Source of the DNA: a virus
Taxonomy: Duplodnaviria; Caudoviricetes
Reading direction: 5' to 3' (one strand)
IMG/VR virus record: IMGVR_UViG_2974723664_000001
Coordinates: 10,097 to 74,096 of that record
Length of the DNA stretch: 64,000 nt
How positions within the stretch are numbered: position 1 is the stretch's first letter; each line of letters begins with the position of its first letter. Shown here one piece after another: positions 46,154-57,766 of this stretch. A program made the translations under genes and the position numbers. A model generated the notes under the pieces. The model was not told the DNA's origin and did not search any database. It was given only the letters and a program-made list of their open reading frames with translations.

Positions 46154-48436
46154 TTAGTTGGTCAGTCGGATTGCCGGGTTCATGGCAGGGTCCTGACTGG
46201 GATCGTAACTGGAGGAACCAAGATTGGCAGGGGTACTTCCTTGCGCAGCTTGGTCCCGTTCAATGGTGCTCAAAGGAGCACTGGACTGCTTCGTGAGCGC
46301 ATTATACGCCACAGCAGCAGGAATGTTGGGGGAACCTTCTCCCTCTTTCTTCGGAGCCAAGAGAGCCTTGGTGACCTGGAGGTCTTGGTTCCCTTCGGCT
46401 TGTGCCTGTTGAGCTTGCATATTGCGAGCGTGAGTCGTGCCGGTTTCCTGTTCCAGATAATCCAGATTGGTCTTATCCGTCTGAGCACCCTTGAGACCAG
46501 CTTCCGCAGCATTCTTCTGTGCCTTGGAGCGAATCTCCATGACTTCAGCACGCAGCTTCTCCAGTTCCAGTTGCCGCATTTCTTCAGCGACCGGATCAGG
46601 TTGAGGCTCGAAAGTCTTGATGGCGTGAGCCAGGACAGGCATACGCTTCAGCTTGGCAATCTCGGACAGGATCATCTTGGTGATGCCGAAGTCCATGGTA
46701 TTGCCCAGAGTCTGGAGCATGAAGGAGAGGTCTTGAGCCTTCTGGTTATCGACCTCAGCAGTGGCAATGTCCACTTCCAGATCGAAGTTACCAGCCAAGT
46801 CTTCACGTTTGACCGTGACGTACTCGGAGTTGGTAACCCGGATGACTTCCTCTTCCGACATGAAGACAGCGTTCATGGCGATGATCTTCATGCCAACTTC
46901 GGTCATACCCTTGGCCAGACGGCGAAGGATTGCCATCTCCCGCTTGGAAGAAGCATCCAGCACACCACGGATACCGGCAGCCACATCTCCGTATGCCTCA
47001 CCGGAGACACCACCAGCGAAGGACTTCACGCCAGTCAGTGCTTCAGCCTCTTGGTTCTGGAGGTTCAGCATGACGATGGCAGACTGAGGCAGTTCAGGGA
47101 ACTTGTGCTCAATCAGCCCTTGGTTCGGGTTCAGAGTCGGGTTGTACTCGTAGTCCTTGCCGTCGTCGTAGCGTTTGCGGTTCAGGGCATCCAGCATCCC
47201 CTTGGCGAAACCTTGCTGGCCATTGGCACTGCGACCCAAAAGGTCGATCATGCCTCGGGTGACAGCACCCAGAATCTTCTGGTTGTCTTCCAGGAGTTCG
47301 GCATCTGGTTCACCGTACAGTTCACGTTTGACCGGCATGTAGGGAACCAAGACGAACGGAAGCTTCCCATCAGGGAAGGGGTTCAGTTCCATGCGGATCA
47401 GTACGGAACCGATCCAAGTGGCCACGATGGGATGCATTTCCCCGTTGCCATAAATATCCCAGTAGCCCCAATACTCGTAGGCCACAACACGTTTCCGGGT
47501 TGCATCACGGAATTGGAAGTCCTGGGGAGTCTTGGTCTCGTGGTCAGGCTCGGTCAGGGGGGAAGCATCATTCCAGACCACCTTGTCCAGATTCTTGTAG
47601 CGTCCCTCTTTTTGGAGTTCATGTTGCGAAGTCTCGAAAGAGACGATGGCGAACATGGCCTTCTCGATATCGCCCTGGCAGGACGGATCGATAGTGACGT
47701 TGGCCGGGTTCATGACTTCGATAGTGGGGCGGTTTTCCAACACCTGCTCCACTTCGATTTCCTGCTCACCCGTCTGGATGGCGAAGGTGGCCTCTCCACT
47801 TTCCTTGTAGTAAGCGACAGCTTGCTTCAGTTCCTCTGAAGCTTGCTCATCAAATCCACGGGGATTGGCGTTTTCAGCTTCGATGGCCTGCTGCAACTGA
47901 TCGAATTGTTCCTGCTCCTGAATGGGGAAGAAGGAATAGACCGGGGCCATCTGCTTGACCTTCTTGGTCACACGCTTCCAACCCAAACGCAGTACCGAAG
48001 TGCCTTCGTCCACAGTTGCACGAACGAAGTCATCGATCAGCTTGACTCGGTTGAACTTGGTTCGGAATTGCCAGTTGAGCACCAGTTCGTTCTGGACAGC
48101 AGCATCCTCATCCTCGAAGGTAACCGGAGTCACCTTGTACAGCTTGTCCGAACCAAGGAAAGGCTCCGTCAAGGCAGAGTAACGCCACTCGGCCTGACGA
48201 CGGACGAGTTTGGGTTGGACCTGGGAGCGGCCCTTCACGACAGGGGGACGGGCCTTGCCCTTCACCTGCATCTGGTCATTCCAGTTCTGGATCTTGGAAA
48301 TCTGAGCATCGTGCTCAGGCTTCGCTGCTTCATGATCCATCTTCAGAGCTTGCAGACTCGGTTCATTGGGCCAGTCCGTCAGCTTGGCAGACTGCGCCGG
48401 ATCGGGCAGAGGCAAGCCAGTGTTCTGGTGTTCCAT
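46154..48436 (-). CDS. portal protein (N4 gp59)
   Basis: 760 aa. [41 protein letters not shown]. Confidence 0.94.
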   Translation of the reverse strand: MEHQNTGLPLPDPAQSAKLTDWPNEPSLQALKMDHEAAKPEHDAQISKIQNWNDQMQVKGKARPPVVKGRSQVQPKLVRRQAEWRYSALTEPFLGSDKLYKVTPVTFEDEDAAVQNELVLNWQFRTKFNRVKLIDDFVRATVDEGTSVLRLGWKRVTKKVKQMAPVYSFFPIQEQEQFDQLQQAIEAENANPRGFDEQASEELKQAVAYYKESGEATFAIQTGEQEIEVEQVLENRPTIEVMNPANVTIDPSCQGDIEKAMFAIVSFETSQHELQKEGRYKNLDKVVWNDASPLTEPDHETKTPQDFQFRDATRKRVVAYEYWGYWDIYGNGEMHPIVATWIGSVLIRMELNPFPDGKLPFVLVPYMPVKRELYGEPDAELLEDNQKILGAVTRGMIDLLGRSANGQQGFAKGMLDALNRKRYDDGKDYEYNPTLNPNQGLIEHKFPELPQSAIVMLNLQNQEAEALTGVKSFAGGVSGEAYGDVAAGIRGVLDASSKREMAILRRLAKGMTEVGMKIIAMNAVFMSEEEVIRVTNSEYVTVKREDLAGNFDLEVDIATAEVDNQKAQDLSFMLQTLGNTMDFGITKMILSEIAKLKRMPVLAHAIKTFEPQPDPVAEEMRQLELEKLRAEVMEIRSKAQKNAAEAGLKGAQTDKTNLDYLEQETGTTHARNMQAQQAQAEGNQDLQVTKALLAPKKEGEGSPNIPAAVAYNALTKQSSAPLSTIERDQAAQGSTPANLGSSSYDPSQDPAMNPAIRLTN

Positions 48437-48444
48437 GTGGATTC

Positions 48445-48954
48445 CTATTTCATGAGTTCTCGGTCAGCACGGATTTGCGCTGCAAGAGATTTTAGTTGTT
48501 CGTCACGGAGTCCAATAGTAGCCCGGAGTTCAGCAACCAATCGTCGGCCCTCTTCAAGAGATCGATCGAGTTTGGCTGCATGGCTTGCAAGACGGTTTCG
48601 CTCAACGGCTCCACCTTCGGCTTGACGTTGATATATGCTCGCTCGGGTGTCGCTGTTCCGCAGCCGGACAGTGAACTCGCCAGAAAGGCGATCAAGCTCC
48701 ATGCGATGGCGTGTTTTAGCATTACGTAGCTCCCCTTCGAGGGATGTGACTTGAAGGCGATGTTGGGATTCAGCTTGGGAAAGTTCATCTCGTACTTTCT
48801 GAATAGCGAGTAGATCCTTGGCCTTTTGTGCATCCCATTGTTGTTGTACGTGGGCTTCGCCTGAACTGGAACCAAGGGAATAAGTACCCCAGAGGGTAAG
48901 AGCCGTAGCCGCTACCACTCCGAGGTAAACCCATCCTTTAGGGATTGAGGGCAT
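48445..48954 (-). CDS. i-spanin (Rz-like)
   Basis: N-terminal TM segment followed by a coiled coil. Downstream of the endolysin. Start approximate. Confidence 0.85.
   Translation of the reverse strand: MPSIPKGWVYLGVVAATALTLWGTYSLGSSSGEAHVQQQWDAQKAKDLLAIQKVRDELSQAESQHRLQVTSLEGELRNAKTRHRMELDRLSGEFTVRLRNSDTRASIYQRQAEGGAVERNRLASHAAKLDRSLEEGRRLVAELRATIGLRDEQLKSLAAQIRADRELMK
48492..48722 (-). CDS. o-spanin lipoprotein (Rz1-like), embedded in the i-spanin
   Basis: [21 protein letters not shown] lipobox, GGAG SD, nested in another frame. Confidence 0.85.
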   Translation of the reverse strand: MLKHAIAWSLIAFLASSLSGCGTATPERAYINVKPKVEPLSETVLQAMQPNSIDLLKRADDWLLNSGLLLDSVTNN

Positions 48955-49570
48955 CTTCATCACACGCTTCCAGGGGGACATTGCCGATCCGGTTGTTGAT
49001 CCAACCAGGAACGAAATCATCCATGTTGATGGAGAGATAGTGAACAGTCTGCTTGCCATCCAGCATCTTGATCACCATCTTGCAGGCCACCACTGCTCCC
49101 CGCTTTTTCTGGAGAGCCTGGTATGCCTGGATCGTGGCAGGACCAACTTTACCATCCGAGGTAATTTTTAGGTAGTCCTTGCCACCACGGGAGGCAGAGT
49201 TCAGGGCGTCCTGAAACCACTTCCCAGCACGGGAAGTACCGGTATTCACCCCAGCATCCACCAGTTTTTCAGCCACAGCAGGAGACAGGGGGATCATCAG
49301 GTCGAAGCCAGGACCGGAGATGTAGTCCTTCACATAGACCGATTCAGCCATAGATTTGGTGAGATTCTTCATCTTGCCATCCCATCCCTGCTCGACCAAT
49401 GCTTGGCGGTGCTTGGCGGCTGTCGCCGCCGTCACGCCATAATTGGTCTCGCCACCAGGATCAAGGGGGTTGTTGACATAGCCCCCCTCTACGGCAAACA
49501 CGGCAGTAAGGATGGCGGCGATCACCCCAGCCTTACCCTTGTTTGCATACAGCTTTTTCGTCACTGCCAT
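48938..49570 (-). CDS. endolysin, GH108 N-acetylmuramidase with probable SAR segment (N4 gp61-like)
   Basis: EGGYVNNPLDPGGETNYGVT, DGKVGPAT, GWINNRI. N-terminal weakly hydrophobic GVIAAILTAVFAV. Confidence 0.93.
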   Translation of the reverse strand: MAVTKKLYANKGKAGVIAAILTAVFAVEGGYVNNPLDPGGETNYGVTAATAAKHRQALVEQGWDGKMKNLTKSMAESVYVKDYISGPGFDLMIPLSPAVAEKLVDAGVNTGTSRAGKWFQDALNSASRGGKDYLKITSDGKVGPATIQAYQALQKKRGAVVACKMVIKMLDGKQTVHYLSINMDDFVPGWINNRIGNVPLEACDEDALNP

Positions 49571-49820
49571 GATCTTTCCTTTTCCAGTTGAAGAGACGAG
49601 CCACCTGAACGATGGCCCATGCGGTGAGAGCCAAGGAAGACCCATAGGGAATCTTCTCCAGCAAGTGCTTGGGCAGACTGAAGAATCCCATTTGAAGGAA
49701 CTCAGCAGTAGCAAAGATAATGCCTCCCAGAGCCGAAGTGCTCCAGGAGGCACGCTTTAACCGGCACCGCCAGTCATGCTTGGGCGTCACCTTGGGGATC
49801 AGTTTCCTCCGCCCAGCCAT
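49533..49820 (-). CDS. putative holin/antiholin with two TM segments (N4 gp62-like)
   Basis: AAGGAG SD, two hydrophobic segments, inside the lysis cassette. Confidence 0.7.
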   Translation of the reverse strand: MAGRRKLIPKVTPKHDWRCRLKRASWSTSALGGIIFATAEFLQMGFFSLPKHLLEKIPYGSSLALTAWAIVQVARLFNWKRKDHGSDEKAVCKQG

Positions 49821-50134
49821 GATGCAATCTCCTTTCGTGCAGACCACAAGAAGGTGATGATGCCACCTGCAATGGCCCATACCCATTTACCCATGAGTCC
49901 TGCCCCGACCATCTTGTGCTTGATGGTTATGAATTCTTCAATGGTCGGTGCCGAATTGGCGAGGCTGGACTCTACGTTACCCAGGCGGTGGCCGAAGGTG
50001 GTCATGTTGGTGGAGATGTTCTGAAGCTCCTTGTAGACATTGAGTCGGGAGTCTCGCTCTTGTTCCAAGATGCGGAAGAGCGTCTTCAGTTGTTCCTCCA
50101 AGCGTGCGATCTGGACTTCAGATGATTCGCTCAT
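49799..50134 (-). CDS. putative holin (N4 gp63-like)
   Basis: Coiled coil followed by TM segment GAGLMGKWVWAIAGGIITFLW. Confidence 0.75.
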   Translation of the reverse strand: MSESSEVQIARLEEQLKTLFRILEQERDSRLNVYKELQNISTNMTTFGHRLGNVESSLANSAPTIEEFITIKHKMVGAGLMGKWVWAIAGGIITFLWSARKEIASWLGGGN

Positions 50135-50143
50135 GAGTGCTTC

Positions 50144-50175
50144 CAAAAGAAAGGACCGGGAGAGTATCCCGGTCC
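50144..50175 (-). terminator. terminator-like hairpin upstream of the lysis genes
   Basis: On the - strand GGACCGGGA-TACTC-TCCCGGTCC followed by TTTCTTTT. Confidence 0.7.
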
Positions 50176-50237
50176 ACGTTATGTCCCTATTAAGGGTCCG
50201 GTAGCTAAGTGCTACCGAATCATAACCGACTCACCTT

Positions 50238-51497
50238 TCAGCATCCACACACTTTGGGCCGAGCGAAGTAGACACCATCCCGCATCACCTGGGTGTAGGA
50301 CCAGGGATAGATGATCTTGATGCCTGCTTCCTGTGCCAATGCCCATGCCTTGTCAGTATTTCCCCAGATGCGTTTTGCATCCTCCGGCAACAGAGTGAAG
50401 CCGATGAAGTAGTGAACCACTTCAAGGGGGTACTTCAGCAGTTCAGTGGCAGCAGTGAACGTCTGCGGAACCAAGTCAAGACGACCATCAATGATCCAGT
50501 CATAGTCTTCAATCTGCACGAACTCATAGTTCGGGTACACCCACTCATCCATCGGGAAGTTCAAACGGAAGGTGAGATCAGAAGCAGGAGACATCACCTG
50601 CGGACTGAAGAACAGAAGGGTAGCCTGAGCATCAGGGAAAGTCGCCTTCACCTTGTCTCGGACATAGTTGGTGCTGTCTCCCAGCTTGGTTCGGAGCCAA
50701 TCAATGTAGGGCCACTGGTTATCTGCCACCGGGTCGAAGATCGATTTGATCATCGGCATCGGAACATCATTGCCAGTCTCCTGCTTGTAGAGGTCCATGG
50801 TTCGTTGGTCATACAGGCAGGGAGCATTCTTGCCTTCCCCGTTGTTGTACGAGCCATCCCACCACCACGGTTCTCCGATCTGGAAGTATGGCACCATGCC
50901 AATCTCTTGGCCTGCCTTCAGGATTTGAACCTGTACCTTGGCGATGTAATCCAGGGGTGCTTCATTGGCAGGCTGGATGAACGAGGACGGCGGATACCAT
51001 CCGGACTGTGCGGGAAGGCCCAGCCAGTTCCGTTGCTTCCACTCTTCCGGCATGAAGAAATCCAGGATTTCATACGCCACCGAGTTCACGAACTTGAAGT
51101 TGCGTTCATGCAACAGTCGCAAGAATCGGCGATAGTATTCCATCGTGGGCCAGTTCACCGGCTCCGGCTCATTGACCGGATCAATACCCAGACGGCCCAC
51201 AAACTCGTAGGAATCACGGGTAGGTTTGATCGGGGACACCAGCGGGTAGTCACCAATCAGAGCCAGGTAGGATTGAGCCAAGTCCTTGCAGATACGCTGG
51301 GAAGTGGCAGGAAGGTAGTGAATCTGCCCAATGCCAGGCTCAAAAGCATAGTCATTGGGTCCATATTGAACAGTGTGAGCACCGAGGATCAGCCCGGGCA
51401 TCTCAGCCACCAGTTCCGCTTGCATCTGACGGATCAGGACTTGCTGCTCTTCCAGGGCAGCTTCGGGCATCACCACCACTGCATCTTGAGTTGCCAT
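50238..51497 (-). CDS. tail protein, glycoside-hydrolase-like TIM-barrel part (N4 gp64-like)
   Basis: WKQR...[22 protein letters not shown] motifs. Start at 51497 or 51515. Confidence 0.8.
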   Translation of the reverse strand: MATQDAVVVMPEAALEEQQVLIRQMQAELVAEMPGLILGAHTVQYGPNDYAFEPGIGQIHYLPATSQRICKDLAQSYLALIGDYPLVSPIKPTRDSYEFVGRLGIDPVNEPEPVNWPTMEYYRRFLRLLHERNFKFVNSVAYEILDFFMPEEWKQRNWLGLPAQSGWYPPSSFIQPANEAPLDYIAKVQVQILKAGQEIGMVPYFQIGEPWWWDGSYNNGEGKNAPCLYDQRTMDLYKQETGNDVPMPMIKSIFDPVADNQWPYIDWLRTKLGDSTNYVRDKVKATFPDAQATLLFFSPQVMSPASDLTFRLNFPMDEWVYPNYEFVQIEDYDWIIDGRLDLVPQTFTAATELLKYPLEVVHYFIGFTLLPEDAKRIWGNTDKAWALAQEAGIKIIYPWSYTQVMRDGVYFARPKVCGC

Positions 51498-51534
51498 ATC
51501 GATAGCCGCCCCCATTGCTGGGGGCGGTTCCTTT

Positions 51535-54500
51535 TTATTCCGGCACAGCCGTAGCCGAGAAGTCCGATTTTACGTTGGATGCTCCATCAGCACGACGAGG
51601 ACGGACACGCCACATCATGAAGGTGGACACGAAGCCATACAGGGCAATCATCTCCGCAGCAGTGAAAATGGTCTGGGGAACAGTGACAGTTTCAGTGCGG
51701 TACATCGAAGAGTCATTGGCGTTCAGCAGTTCCACATCCCATTCCGCAGCATCGTTGGCATCCCACGTCATGGTCACGTCACCAGCAGCATTGTGAGTTG
51801 CGGCAGGATTCGTGGCCACTTCGCAGGATTCCGGAGGTCCTTCCAGAGTCACCGGATTGCCGAGAGTACCATCCGAGATCAGATGTTCCTGTGCCACAAC
51901 CTTCACCGTGGTAGCAGTGAAGCCGTAGGCAGCAACCTGTTGTTCTCGGGTGAAGAACAAGTAGTTGTCGGAACCAACGAAGTCAGTGGAAATCGGGTCA
52001 CCGGAACTCAGATGGTAGTTGACCACCTTCACGTCACGACCAGCCTTGGTAGGTGCATCCCACATGAACTTGATGTCCGAGTTATTCGGATCACCAGCAA
52101 ACACTGCCTTCAGCCCCGTGATGTCATCCATGGGGTTTTCAGGAGGAATCGGTTCACCGTTGTACTCAGCACCAATGGAAGTCACATCCATGGCGGGATC
52201 GTATTCCGAGACACGGAAAACAACATACCCAGCACCAGTGCTGTTCTGGTAGTAGGCACGTTGATCTTCAATGGTCCAGGTGATCGACTGGTTCGTCCAG
52301 CGGCGTGCATAGATTGCCTTCGAGACGTTGGACACATCCAGGTTCTCGATCCAAAAGTCCTGATAGTCAGGACGACCTTCCCAAGAGAAGACGATATCTC
52401 CGTTCAGTTGCTTCTTGGCTTGCACATTGGTCGGGGTGACCAGATGCTTACCCGTCACAACTTCAGCATTCCAGTTTGCGGCAGGGCCAACAGTCTGGGT
52501 TGCAGGCATGTATTCAGCAACCGAGAAGTCCATCAGGATCGTATCTTGGTTGTATGCCTGCTGCTGTGCCTGGAGAGTGAAAGTCCAGGTCGGGTCTTCC
52601 AGAACACCCTGGCTGATAACAGCACCAGTGTCCAGACGGCGGTTGACGTAGTACCAGCCGAAGATACCAGGACGGGAATCCCAGGTGACCACGATATCCC
52701 GATTCGCCTTCTTCACAGGACGCACGCCAGTGGGCGGACGCAGGAAGGTCCAATCCGGGGGATTGTAGGCACGGTTGATATCGAGAGCCAAAGCTTCACC
52801 CATCTCAGCAGCAGCCGCATGGTAGGTTTCCAGGCTGTAGTGAATCCAGCCCACTCCACGGTCCATCTCGTTGTAGTAGGCCGTGTACAGGTTGGAGCCA
52901 GGAACATAGGAACCCATCTTGAAGCCGATGCCTTCCTTCGACATTTCCGTGGCCAGATCACGCAGCAGGCGAGAGCCTTCAGCGTTCGATTCGACCGGAG
53001 GAATCTCGTTGCCCCAGAAGGAGGTCGTGGCACCTTGGAACCACATCTCCAGGTTCGGGTTGCCCCAGTTCGCACGGCACCACGCCAACATCTCGATGTT
53101 GGATTGTCGCCACGCAGCCAGGATGGCCGGACGGTCTGCTTCCGGAGCATAGGCAATACCGGTCGATTCACCAGGGCCAGACTGGATCAGATAGTCAGGA
53201 ACCTTCGGGGACGACTTGACGATGGCATCCGCCAGAACCAAGGAAGGACCAGGAGTCTTGGTATCCGGATTCCACCAGTGCAATCCAGGCGGAAAGCCCG
53301 GCTGGTACGGCATCGGGTTCACAGGACTGGAACCAACGACGATCATCACAGGGATCACCTGCACATCACGCAGCCCTGCCTTTTGGGCAAAGGTGCGACG
53401 GAACGTCGAAGCTGCCACCAAGTCCTTGCGGCCTTCCTTGCCAGTACCACCATGATCGCTGGGATCAGACAAGTCGTTGAAGTAGCCACCAATCAGAGAG
53501 TTCATGGAGCACAGAATGCGCTTCTTGACCATGCCCACATCATCCAGAGGAACAAAATCTTCCCAGGGATGAGCCTTGATTTCACGGCCTTGGTACAGAG
53601 TCGTCACACGCCAGCGCATGAAACCCCATGCTTGTTGGTTGCCCATGTACTCCAGCATGGGAGCAGTGTTCCGCTCCACAGAGAAGTCGGCATACACATA
53701 ACCGTCTTCCACCTGCGTACCAGGGACTTCCCAAGAGTAGGCAATCTCCTTCCGTTCCTTGGGATCATAGATTTCCACTCGGTAGCGACACAGAGCAGGA
53801 TCAATGCCATAGGACTTCCAGCGAAGTTCAACGTCACCCCAGCTATTGCGACGTGCCTTCAGATACGTGGCAATACCCTCACGCACCGGAACCTGCGGGT
53901 CCTCTGCGTTCGGGACAGCCCAGCCCCATCCTTCCTCTTGGATCACGATCTTCAGGTCTTGGCCCCACACGGAACGCATGTACTCGAAGACCTTCTTCGT
54001 GGCCAGCTTGGTTCGTGCAATGCTCGGAGCAGGATTGCGATCACCGGGGAATTTCAGAGCCGATGCATCCTGATGGCCTTGCGCCCAAAAGACAGCATAC
54101 GGAACGTCATCGCCCATGAGTTCGATGCAGCGAAGCAGCACCGGACCAGGAGCATCCAGTTCCAAATCCCACCACCAGAGGCCACCAAGCTTTCCAGTTT
54201 GGTCCTCGTCCAGCTCATCGTCATCGGGATTCACGGACGCCATGCGTTCCGATGCAGTGGAACCAAGGGCACCATTCACCACTTTGATGCCGGAGTAGTT
54301 GATTCCCCAGGTCTCGGTAACCAGCTTCTGGAAAGCATCACGCCCACGGTTGGGGTACTGCCCGCTATTGAAGTGGACGGCAGCATTCGACTCGCCAGCG
54401 AAGAGCAACGGGTATTCCAGGACAGTAGCCGTGGTGATCAGGCTCTTGTCTTGGATGTCTTGGAATGCGGTCAGGCCCTTCCAGTAGTGAGACATGCCAA

Positions 54501-55722
54501 TGTACGTGGTCCACCAGTCACGGTAGCCCAGGTCATAGGTCATGTTCACCATACGTTCCGGCGTCAGGTTGTACCCGTCATCGAAACCAGCAGTCATGCC
54601 CATATTGGTCAGGGGCTGGATATAACGACGGCGACGAAGAATTTTGATCCCAGAACCAGAGACGGTCAGGTTGGCGAAATACTTCGTGGCATCCTTCTGT
54701 TGAATGGGACCGGGCTTCTGGAGATAACGACCCAAGAAGGCATCCGCTTCAATGAAGGTGCCGCCCACAGTTCCCTTGCACACAACGGAGAAGTTGGACG
54801 TACCGAAGCCGGTATAGGACACAACCTCGAACTCTCGTTCGAGTGCTTCCTCTCGGCCACTGGGACCCCAGACACGGTAGATCACCTGGAGCTTGTCGCC
54901 AGGAGTCAGGTCGGCATTGGTATGCACACCACCCACTTCGACACGCACATGCTTGTCGTCAATGGTATCGACCAGGGAGCAGAAAGCCTTTCGACCCAGG
55001 CCATGCTGTTCTTCCGTGCAGTCGAAGCTGACCATCTTCACATTGCGGGGGTTGATGATCGGTCCCGTGTAGGTCTGCTTGGTTCGCAGATCACCGAAGT
55101 CCAGAATGAAGATGTAGTCCTTCCGGCCCCATGCAGGAGCAATCTGGTCTTCCGGAATGGTGAAGTCGCCGGGGGTGAAGATGTCCTCCTGGTAGCTTTT
55201 CTTGGTTCCGTACTTCTTGTCCAGGTTCTCCCAACGACGGTTTTTCGGGTTGAACACATACGGCGACAGTCGATACGTGTACGCCTGCGTAGGAGTCTCG
55301 ATGGTGACCGTGAATTTGTCCGGCTCATCGGGGTTGTGTTGAAAAGCCAGAACCAGACCCAGGTAGTTCACATGGGTTTCATAGCTGAAGTAAGGATGGC
55401 TGAAAGTGTCCTGGCTCATCCAGCGAACACCCAAGAAGTCTTGGTTAGTTCGCCACTGAACAGGTACACGGAAAGAGCGGGCACCTTCCGGCAGGATGGT
55501 GGCAACCATGTGGGCGTTGTAGTCCACCACCCAGTGGTCATTTTGGAATCGGGGCAGCGTGGCATTGAATGCCTTTAGGCGGCGAGGATTGGCTAGCGTC
55601 AATTCGATGCGCTGGTCTTCCAACGAGGGAATCATCTCTCGTTCGGAAGAGTGCCAATCTGCCGGGTCCCACACCGGGGGAATAGAACAATCCTTCCCCT
55701 TGCGGTAGTCGTCAATGCTCAT
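51535..55722 (-). CDS. non-contractile tail sheath / receptor-binding protein (N4 gp65-like)
   Basis: 1395 aa. [11 protein letters not shown]...YIGMSHY, SGNH/SASA-like FAGESNA and WAQG, four C-terminal FN3-like repeats. Confidence 0.85.
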   Translation of the reverse strand: MSIDDYRKGKDCSIPPVWDPADWHSSEREMIPSLEDQRIELTLANPRRLKAFNATLPRFQNDHWVVDYNAHMVATILPEGARSFRVPVQWRTNQDFLGVRWMSQDTFSHPYFSYETHVNYLGLVLAFQHNPDEPDKFTVTIETPTQAYTYRLSPYVFNPKNRRWENLDKKYGTKKSYQEDIFTPGDFTIPEDQIAPAWGRKDYIFILDFGDLRTKQTYTGPIINPRNVKMVSFDCTEEQHGLGRKAFCSLVDTIDDKHVRVEVGGVHTNADLTPGDKLQVIYRVWGPSGREEALEREFEVVSYTGFGTSNFSVVCKGTVGGTFIEADAFLGRYLQKPGPIQQKDATKYFANLTVSGSGIKILRRRRYIQPLTNMGMTAGFDDGYNLTPERMVNMTYDLGYRDWWTTYIGMSHYWKGLTAFQDIQDKSLITTATVLEYPLLFAGESNAAVHFNSGQYPNRGRDAFQKLVTETWGINYSGIKVVNGALGSTASERMASVNPDDDELDEDQTGKLGGLWWWDLELDAPGPVLLRCIELMGDDVPYAVFWAQGHQDASALKFPGDRNPAPSIARTKLATKKVFEYMRSVWGQDLKIVIQEEGWGWAVPNAEDPQVPVREGIATYLKARRNSWGDVELRWKSYGIDPALCRYRVEIYDPKERKEIAYSWEVPGTQVEDGYVYADFSVERNTAPMLEYMGNQQAWGFMRWRVTTLYQGREIKAHPWEDFVPLDDVGMVKKRILCSMNSLIGGYFNDLSDPSDHGGTGKEGRKDLVAASTFRRTFAQKAGLRDVQVIPVMIVVGSSPVNPMPYQPGFPPGLHWWNPDTKTPGPSLVLADAIVKSSPKVPDYLIQSGPGESTGIAYAPEADRPAILAAWRQSNIEMLAWCRANWGNPNLEMWFQGATTSFWGNEIPPVESNAEGSRLLRDLATEMSKEGIGFKMGSYVPGSNLYTAYYNEMDRGVGWIHYSLETYHAAAAEMGEALALDINRAYNPPDWTFLRPPTGVRPVKKANRDIVVTWDSRPGIFGWYYVNRRLDTGAVISQGVLEDPTWTFTLQAQQQAYNQDTILMDFSVAEYMPATQTVGPAANWNAEVVTGKHLVTPTNVQAKKQLNGDIVFSWEGRPDYQDFWIENLDVSNVSKAIYARRWTNQSITWTIEDQRAYYQNSTGAGYVVFRVSEYDPAMDVTSIGAEYNGEPIPPENPMDDITGLKAVFAGDPNNSDIKFMWDAPTKAGRDVKVVNYHLSSGDPISTDFVGSDNYLFFTREQQVAAYGFTATTVKVVAQEHLISDGTLGNPVTLEGPPESCEVATNPAATHNAAGDVTMTWDANDAAEWDVELLNANDSSMYRTETVTVPQTIFTAAEMIALYGFVSTFMMWRVRPRRADGASNVKSDFSATAVPE

Positions 55723-55735
55723 GGGATTTCCTTGG

Positions 55736-55769
55736 ATAAGAATAGGGGAGGTGGTTAGTCACCTCCCCT
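55736..55769 (-). terminator. hairpin between tail fibre and gp65 genes
   Basis: On the - strand AGGGGAGGTG-ACTAAC-CACCTCCCCT followed by ATTCTT. Confidence 0.6.
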
Positions 55770-55798
55770 TGAGTTCTTCACTCACACAACAAGATTAC

Positions 55799-57763
55799 TT
55801 ATTTAGCAACCCAACCGGTTGCGGTATTGTTTGCCTCCTTGATCCACAAGGTGGCCCCCGAACCTCCACTGGTATTGAGATACATGGAACCAGGGGGCGC
55901 AGTGACGACGCCTTCCGGAGAACCAGCACCCGTCAATATGGCAACTCCGGTTGCTCCACCAAAACGCAGACCGCCCGTGGGAGTGAAGCGTACCAGTTCT
56001 TGGTTATTGCTGACGAGGGCGATGAAAGGATTCACACCACCAGAGAATACCAATCGACCGTAAGTGCCCCCAACACGCGAAGTGGCTGCAATCTGGGAGA
56101 ACGCAGTGGCACTATTGGCGTTGTTTACAAGCACCAAGGAGGTGCCCTGATCAGACTGCCCATTGACCGAAGAAGCGTCATAAGCAGTGGCCGATGTGGA
56201 CTCAACCAACATACGAGAGGGTGACCCACCAGTGGGGAAAATGGAGACGTACAGTTTGCCCGCACCATCACCAATGGCCACCACACCGCTGATGTTCGGA
56301 AGACCACTGATACGGGAACCAATAACAGTAGCATTGGACCCAGTCGTGATACCAGCATTGGCTGCTTGCTTACCGAGGTAAAGGTTGTAGCTACCGGACA
56401 AGTGACCAAATCCAGCATTTTCACCAATACCGGTGTTGTAGTCACCGGAAGTCATGCCAAACAAAGCACGACGACCATGTGCAGTATTACCTTGTCCAGC
56501 GGTGTTGTTGTACCCACTGGACGTACCGGAATACGTATTGTAATGACCCGTTGCACTGAGTTGTCCAGCAGTGAACCCGAGAAACGTATTCTCGTTACCG
56601 GTAGTGTTTTCGTGACCAGCATCTCGGCCAAACGCCGAATTTCCGTGCCCTTCGGTGTTCTTACGAAGTGCGTTATTACCAACCGCCACGTTTTTGTAGC
56701 CGATGGTGACGCTACCAAGAGCTTGCACACCGATACCGATATTGTGGGATGCCTGGAGATTGGCATCTTTACCCGGAGGAACATCAGCATCCGGAAGTGC
56801 CGTTAGCGACACACCCCCTGCACCATGCCCCAAAAAGATGTTACCGCCATCCGTGTTGAAGGCAGCACCATCCTCAATAGTAGGACGAAAATCATGCATC
56901 CATACACGGGTTTCTTGTTTGGTGACAGTGCCCTTGCTTTCGTAGATGACTCCGTTACGGTACAGCACATCCACGGTCTTACTTCCGAAGACAGCAACCT
57001 TGGACAATTTATTTGCACCGAGATCATTGAGTGCAGTGGAGACGGTCACCTCGCTACCATCAGAGTTCGTGTGGCCCAATTGAGTAGAACCCGAGGGACC
57101 ACTCAATGCTTCAATGTATTCAAGGGCGTTGACAAGCTCATTGTTGATATTGGTGAGTTCGGGAATAAACTCAGCAACACTCAATACAGTAGCCATGTTG
57201 CTGTTGACACCAACCACAGCAGACATATTGGTGCTGACGTTACGCACATCCGTTATGTTGGTGGAAACGTTGTCCACAGCAGGCAGGTTCGTCTCAACAT
57301 TCAAGATCGCTGCCAGATTGGCACTGACATTCACCACTGCTGAGATGTTGTTAGCCACCGACACGATCTTGGCAATCTCAGCGGAGACTGTGTGGATCTG
57401 ATTCATGTTGTCCACAATAGCCTGGATGTTATCCAGGTTGTCGTAGACCGTCAGCAGTTGAGGTAAATTGTCGGCCAGGGCTACCAGTTCCTGCAACTGA
57501 TCGAACAGAGCAATAAGCTTTTGCAGTTGACCCTGCAATGCCAACAGCTCCGGCAGCTTGTCTTGCAGCTCCAGAAGTTTGCCCAAATTGGTGGCGATAT
57601 CAATCACAGATTGGATGTTATCGCTCACCGTCTTGATGAACGGCATCCGCATGGCGACGAACTTCACCACCTGATAGGCATTACCCAACAGTTGGTCCAC
57701 CGTCATATCATAATTGGTTCCGCAGCAGCTATCACCACTGGGGAACGGATTTTGGGAGTTCAT
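55799..57763 (-). CDS. tail fibre / appendage (N4 gp66-like N-terminus)
   Basis: Conserved VDQLLGNAYQVVKFVA start, coiled-coil repeats, 14-aa N-x-x-x-G-x-x-A/S beta-roll repeats, GAGSPEGVVTAPPGSMYL C-terminus. Confidence 0.88.
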   Translation of the reverse strand: MNSQNPFPSGDSCCGTNYDMTVDQLLGNAYQVVKFVAMRMPFIKTVSDNIQSVIDIATNLGKLLELQDKLPELLALQGQLQKLIALFDQLQELVALADNLPQLLTVYDNLDNIQAIVDNMNQIHTVSAEIAKIVSVANNISAVVNVSANLAAILNVETNLPAVDNVSTNITDVRNVSTNMSAVVGVNSNMATVLSVAEFIPELTNINNELVNALEYIEALSGPSGSTQLGHTNSDGSEVTVSTALNDLGANKLSKVAVFGSKTVDVLYRNGVIYESKGTVTKQETRVWMHDFRPTIEDGAAFNTDGGNIFLGHGAGGVSLTALPDADVPPGKDANLQASHNIGIGVQALGSVTIGYKNVAVGNNALRKNTEGHGNSAFGRDAGHENTTGNENTFLGFTAGQLSATGHYNTYSGTSSGYNNTAGQGNTAHGRRALFGMTSGDYNTGIGENAGFGHLSGSYNLYLGKQAANAGITTGSNATVIGSRISGLPNISGVVAIGDGAGKLYVSIFPTGGSPSRMLVESTSATAYDASSVNGQSDQGTSLVLVNNANSATAFSQIAATSRVGGTYGRLVFSGGVNPFIALVSNNQELVRFTPTGGLRFGGATGVAILTGAGSPEGVVTAPPGSMYLNTSGGSGATLWIKEANNTATGWVAK

Positions 57764-57766
57764 GGT

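Noticed and set aside
39557-55578. Long antisense ORFs opposite structural genes (913, 664, 573, 1261 aa)
   Set aside because: Same shadow effect. They mirror well-supported - strand genes.
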